From an uncultured Chloroflexia bacterium (GTDB taxonomy: Bacteria; Chloroflexota; Limnocylindria; Limnocylindrales; CSP1-4): DNA of 64,000 nt. The stretch spans positions 43,238 through 107,237 of the forward strand of contig CAWFNQ010000003.1 in assembly GCA_963817245.1 (NCBI GenBank), read 5' to 3'. The notes under the pieces were generated by a model. That model made no database searches. It was not told the DNA's origin and worked only from the letters and a program-made list of their open reading frames with translations. Shown here piece by piece: positions 61,167 to 64,000 of this stretch. The position numbers and the translations under genes are program-made. Numbering within the stretch: the first letter of the stretch is position 1; the number at the start of each line of letters is the position of its first letter.

Positions 61167-62636
61167 TCAGTCTGGGACCCAGGCGCCCGCTTCAGGGTTG
61201 ATGCTGGTGCCCGTGGCCACGAGGGCCTGGTGCCGGTGCGAGCCATCGGCGGAAAGCACATCGATCCCGGCCGCGTTCACGACCATGAGCCGGGTCCCGT
61301 CCGGCGACCAGGCCGACGTGTGGGCGCGATCGATCCGAGTGACGAGCCCCGTGTCCGCCTCGACGATGCCCACGGCCACGGGTCCGGAACCGGGATCGCC
61401 GACCCGCTTCAGGGGGACGGTGAATCGTCGACCGTCGGGCGACCAGCTGAGCGGGCTCCCCGCCATGGGCTCGAGCAAATCGTGGCAGTCGAGGCGCGGT
61501 GTCTGCTGCGGGGCCGGCGTTTCCACCAGTGGTACGCAACCCGGACCGACATCGATGCGCCGCCGCTCGGCCCCGTCCGCTCCGACGATCCAGAGCTGGG
61601 CTGGGTTCGTGTCGGCAAACGAGGCGGCGAGCGGGCCATCCGTGGCGAAGGCGATCGAGCGACCATCCGGCGACCAGGACCCCGAGCCGAAATAGGTGCT
61701 GACGTCGCTGACCCATCTCGGTCGCGAGCCGTCGCGCTGGACGATCTCGAGGCCGGCATCCGCCTTCAGCGCCAGCTCGGTCGAATCCGGTGACCAGGCG
61801 AGCATCGCGCCGCGGGCGATGCGTTGCGGATCCGAGCCGTCGCCATGCGCGATCGACAGCCCGTCACTCGTCTCGATGGCCAACCAAGCGCTATCGGGAG
61901 ACCACTGGAGATCCGTCCACCGCGTGTCCCGAGGCAGGTCCAGGATGGTGGGTATCGCCGTCGACAAGTCGGCCACGGCCGCGCCCACGATGTCGCACGA
62001 CGTCACCCCGTCGCACCAGGCCCAGGCCAGGTACCGGCCGTCGGGCGAGAACGCCCCGGTGACCATCCCGCGACCAGGCGACCGGGTGACCTCACGGCGC
62101 TCGCCGGTCCGCAGATCGACCACGTCGAGGATCGCGACCGCACCGGTCGCGTCGAGACGCGTGGACGCGGCATGCGTCCCATCCGGCGACAGCGATACCC
62201 ACTCTGCGCAGTCGATCGTCCGGATCGTTGATCCGGCGGCTGGGTCGACTTCGTCGATGGACATGCAGTGGGACTCGCCAGTGTCGATGAGGGCCAACCG
62301 CCCAGACCCGGCGAGCACCGGCAACCGAGTCGCCTCGGGCACGGACGTCGACGTCGAGTGTGATGCCTGCGGTGTCTCGGACACGACCGCGGGGATCGGC
62401 GTGGGCGGTCGGCTCCCGCTCAGCAGCGCAACGCCGAGCGCCAACGCCAGGAGCGCGACAAGCCCAAGGGCGACGAGGCGCGCCACCGATGGTCGCCGCA
62501 CGACCAAGACCCGTCCTCGCGGGTGACCAGTCGCCGAAGCCGCGATCGCGGCCGCATCGAACGGGCGCACGACATCGGCAGTATGGGCAAGCAGCCGCGC
62601 CTCCAGACGGCCTTCGAAGTCGGGTCGGTCAGTCAT
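61167..62636 (-). CDS. membrane-anchored TolB-like (PD40/WD40-like beta-propeller) protein, probable anti-sigma partner
   Basis: Track ORF trimmed to ATG 62636, which overlaps the sigma-gene end by 8 nt. One TM helix (LVALGLVALLALALGVALL) and repeated SPDG/WSPDG motifs (FSPDGRYLAW, WSPDSAWLA, WSPDGRSIAF, WSPDGRRF, WSPDGTRL). Confidence 0.7.
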   Translation of the reverse strand: MTDRPDFEGRLEARLLAHTADVVRPFDAAAIAASATGHPRGRVLVVRRPSVARLVALGLVALLALALGVALLSGSRPPTPIPAVVSETPQASHSTSTSVPEATRLPVLAGSGRLALIDTGESHCMSIDEVDPAAGSTIRTIDCAEWVSLSPDGTHAASTRLDATGAVAILDVVDLRTGERREVTRSPGRGMVTGAFSPDGRYLAWAWCDGVTSCDIVGAAVADLSTAIPTILDLPRDTRWTDLQWSPDSAWLAIETSDGLSIAHGDGSDPQRIARGAMLAWSPDSTELALKADAGLEIVQRDGSRPRWVSDVSTYFGSGSWSPDGRSIAFATDGPLAASFADTNPAQLWIVGADGAERRRIDVGPGCVPLVETPAPQQTPRLDCHDLLEPMAGSPLSWSPDGRRFTVPLKRVGDPGSGPVAVGIVEADTGLVTRIDRAHTSAWSPDGTRLMVVNAAGIDVLSADGSHRHQALVATGTSINPEAGAWVPD

Positions 62637-63183
62637 CGCGGAGCTCCGTTCGAAGACGCTCGAGCAGGCGCGCGAGGCGCGCCCGGGTGCCAGAGGCGGA
62701 CCGCCCGGTCGCGCGGGCGAGCTCGGTCGAGTCGAAGCCGGCGACGTATCGGAGCGCCAGCAGGGCCCGATCGTCCGGATCCAGCCGGGCGAGGGCATTC
62801 ATGAGGTCGAGGTCGGCGGTGCGTCCCGCTGGGTCGGCCGTCTCCCGCGCGCGGTCTGAACCAGGCGACACGGACAGCTCGACGACCGTCCGGCGCCGGC
62901 GGTGACGCAGGAGCTGTCTGGCCTCGTTGGCTGCCACCGAGACAAGCCATGGCCGGAGGCGCCCCGGGTCCTTCAGCGTGCCGAGTTTCTTCCAGGCGAT
63001 CGGCCACGCGGCCTGGACGGCTTCGTCGGCGAGGTCAAGGTCGCCGCAGATGACGTAGCAGACCCGGGTCATGTCTCCGTGGTGGGCCAGCACGATCCGG
63101 GCGAATGCCGCCTGGTCACCGCCGACCGCGAGCGGGATCGCTCGTTCCAGCGCGTCGTCCAGGTTCCCCGTCATCGACGTCAT
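62629..63183 (-). CDS. ECF-type RNA polymerase sigma-70 family factor
   Basis: Region 2 (AFARIVLAHHGDMTRVCYVICGDLDLADEAVQAAW) and region 4 HTH (LALRYVAGFDSTELARATGRSASGTRARL). Confidence 0.88.
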   Translation of the reverse strand: MTSMTGNLDDALERAIPLAVGGDQAAFARIVLAHHGDMTRVCYVICGDLDLADEAVQAAWPIAWKKLGTLKDPGRLRPWLVSVAANEARQLLRHRRRRTVVELSVSPGSDRARETADPAGRTADLDLMNALARLDPDDRALLALRYVAGFDSTELARATGRSASGTRARLARLLERLRTELRDD

Positions 63184-63281
63184 GCCCCACAGATGCTCGG
63201 GGACGGGTCAAGTAATTCATGGCGCCGCGCGATGAAGGTTGACTAAGTCGGACTAAGGACCTGCCGGTGCCTGCGATCGTG

Positions 63282-64000
63282 TCAGCGTTCCGGCGGCCAC
63301 GACCCCGGTGGCGGATCGACCAGCCCTTCGCCCCAGACCTCGGGACCGCAGAAGTACCCGTTGGGGGGCGGTGCTTCCGCCGCGACGCGCGCGAGCGACG
63401 CCGGGTCCGCGGACCAGCGCGCGACGGTCGCCTCGAGCCAGGCGTGGACCTCGCGGAACTCCGTGAACCGCTCGAACGGCCACCCCGCCTCGATGCAGAT
63501 TCGGACGAGCGACCGCTTGGCGAACACGGTGTCGGCGTAGCCGGCGGCGTAGCGATCGCTCTCGCCATCGCCGACGAAGACGACCCTGCGCCCGACCGCC
63601 CGATGGGCGAGCACCCGCTCACGCTTGCACGTCCCGCACACGAAGCAGCGTGGGTGCCCGTTCGGGAACTCGATCGACGCACGCCGGCCGGTGAACGTCG
63701 TGCGCGCCGTGATGATCGGCACATCGGGAAGCTCGAGCGCGGCCATGGCCGGCTCGATGAAGAATCCGAACCCGTCCGACACGATCTCGACGGGGATGCC
63801 GGCCGCCTGCGCCCATCGGACGAACGGCGCGAACCCGGAATCGTGCGGCTGGGCGGCGGCGGTGGCGAAGAGCTCCGCTGGGTCGGCGTCGACGAGCGAC
63901 ATCTCGAGCGTCATCAATCGCCGCGAGCCGGCCAGTCCGGCGTCGTAGGCCGCGACCTCCGCTTCCCATTCGCCGGACACGTGGTCGGCCATGACCGTGT
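63282..64000 (-). CDS. HAD-IB family phosphatase (MtnX-like), probably 5'-truncated by the window end
   Basis: IVSDGFGFFIEP, C..CG.CK and VFVGDGESD motifs. The DxDxT motif I is absent from the visible part, and the frame stays open upstream of ATG 63992 to the window edge. Confidence 0.65.
   Translation of the reverse strand, partial: TVMADHVSGEWEAEVAAYDAGLAGSRRLMTLEMSLVDADPAELFATAAAQPHDSGFAPFVRWAQAAGIPVEIVSDGFGFFIEPAMAALELPDVPIITARTTFTGRRASIEFPNGHPRCFVCGTCKRERVLAHRAVGRRVVFVGDGESDRYAAGYADTVFAKRSLVRICIEAGWPFERFTEFREVHAWLEATVARWSADPASLARVAAEAPPPNGYFCGPEVWGEGLVDPPPGSWPPER

Overview
This is a 64-kb window of a roughly 70% GC bacterial chromosome. It looks Actinomycetota- or Chloroflexota-like: it has mycobacterial-type SOS boxes, an imuA'-imuB plus dnaE2 mutasome, a Ddn-like F420-type reductase, SLH domains, and many 4-nt gene overlaps and leaderless starts. 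The backbone is housekeeping: gap-pgk-eno, leuS, comEA-comEC-HD-holA, the minus-strand run pyrG / fsa-tal / rho / LysM-M23 peptidase / obg-nadD-rsfS, two tRNA-Ala genes, an OmpR/histidine-kinase pair, and an ECF sigma with a TolB-like anti-sigma. Envelope and accessory genes are interspersed: an LTD surface protein, a GH18 protein, an SLH beta-helix protein, a serpin, SH3b-like lipoproteins, a DUF346 lectin-like protein, and a 1055-aa S8 subtilase. I saw no rRNA, CRISPR, transposase, integrase or phage genes. Five points deserve attention. (1) At least about 25 single-base frame changes, mostly an extra base in a short G or C run, hit 11 accessory, DNA-uptake or mutasome genes, while about 25 kb of housekeeping genes stay intact. 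(2) A lower-GC islet at 15.1-19.8 kb holds paralogous tiny membrane proteins, lipoproteins and MerR+GT8, punctuated by a conserved GC-rich hairpin repeat. (3) The S8 subtilase gene is flanked in direct orientation by two diverged copies of a promoter-like plus hairpin-leader element, and its C-terminus carries four copies of an unrecognised two-Cys module split by a perfect Pro-Thr repeat. (4) Identical LexA boxes precede dnaE2 and imuA'-imuB, which lie 10 kb apart. (5) Several well-defined operator/promoter architectures and junction duplications are present. I derived all coordinates and motifs by reading the sequence. Family names come from remembered motifs, not from database searches.
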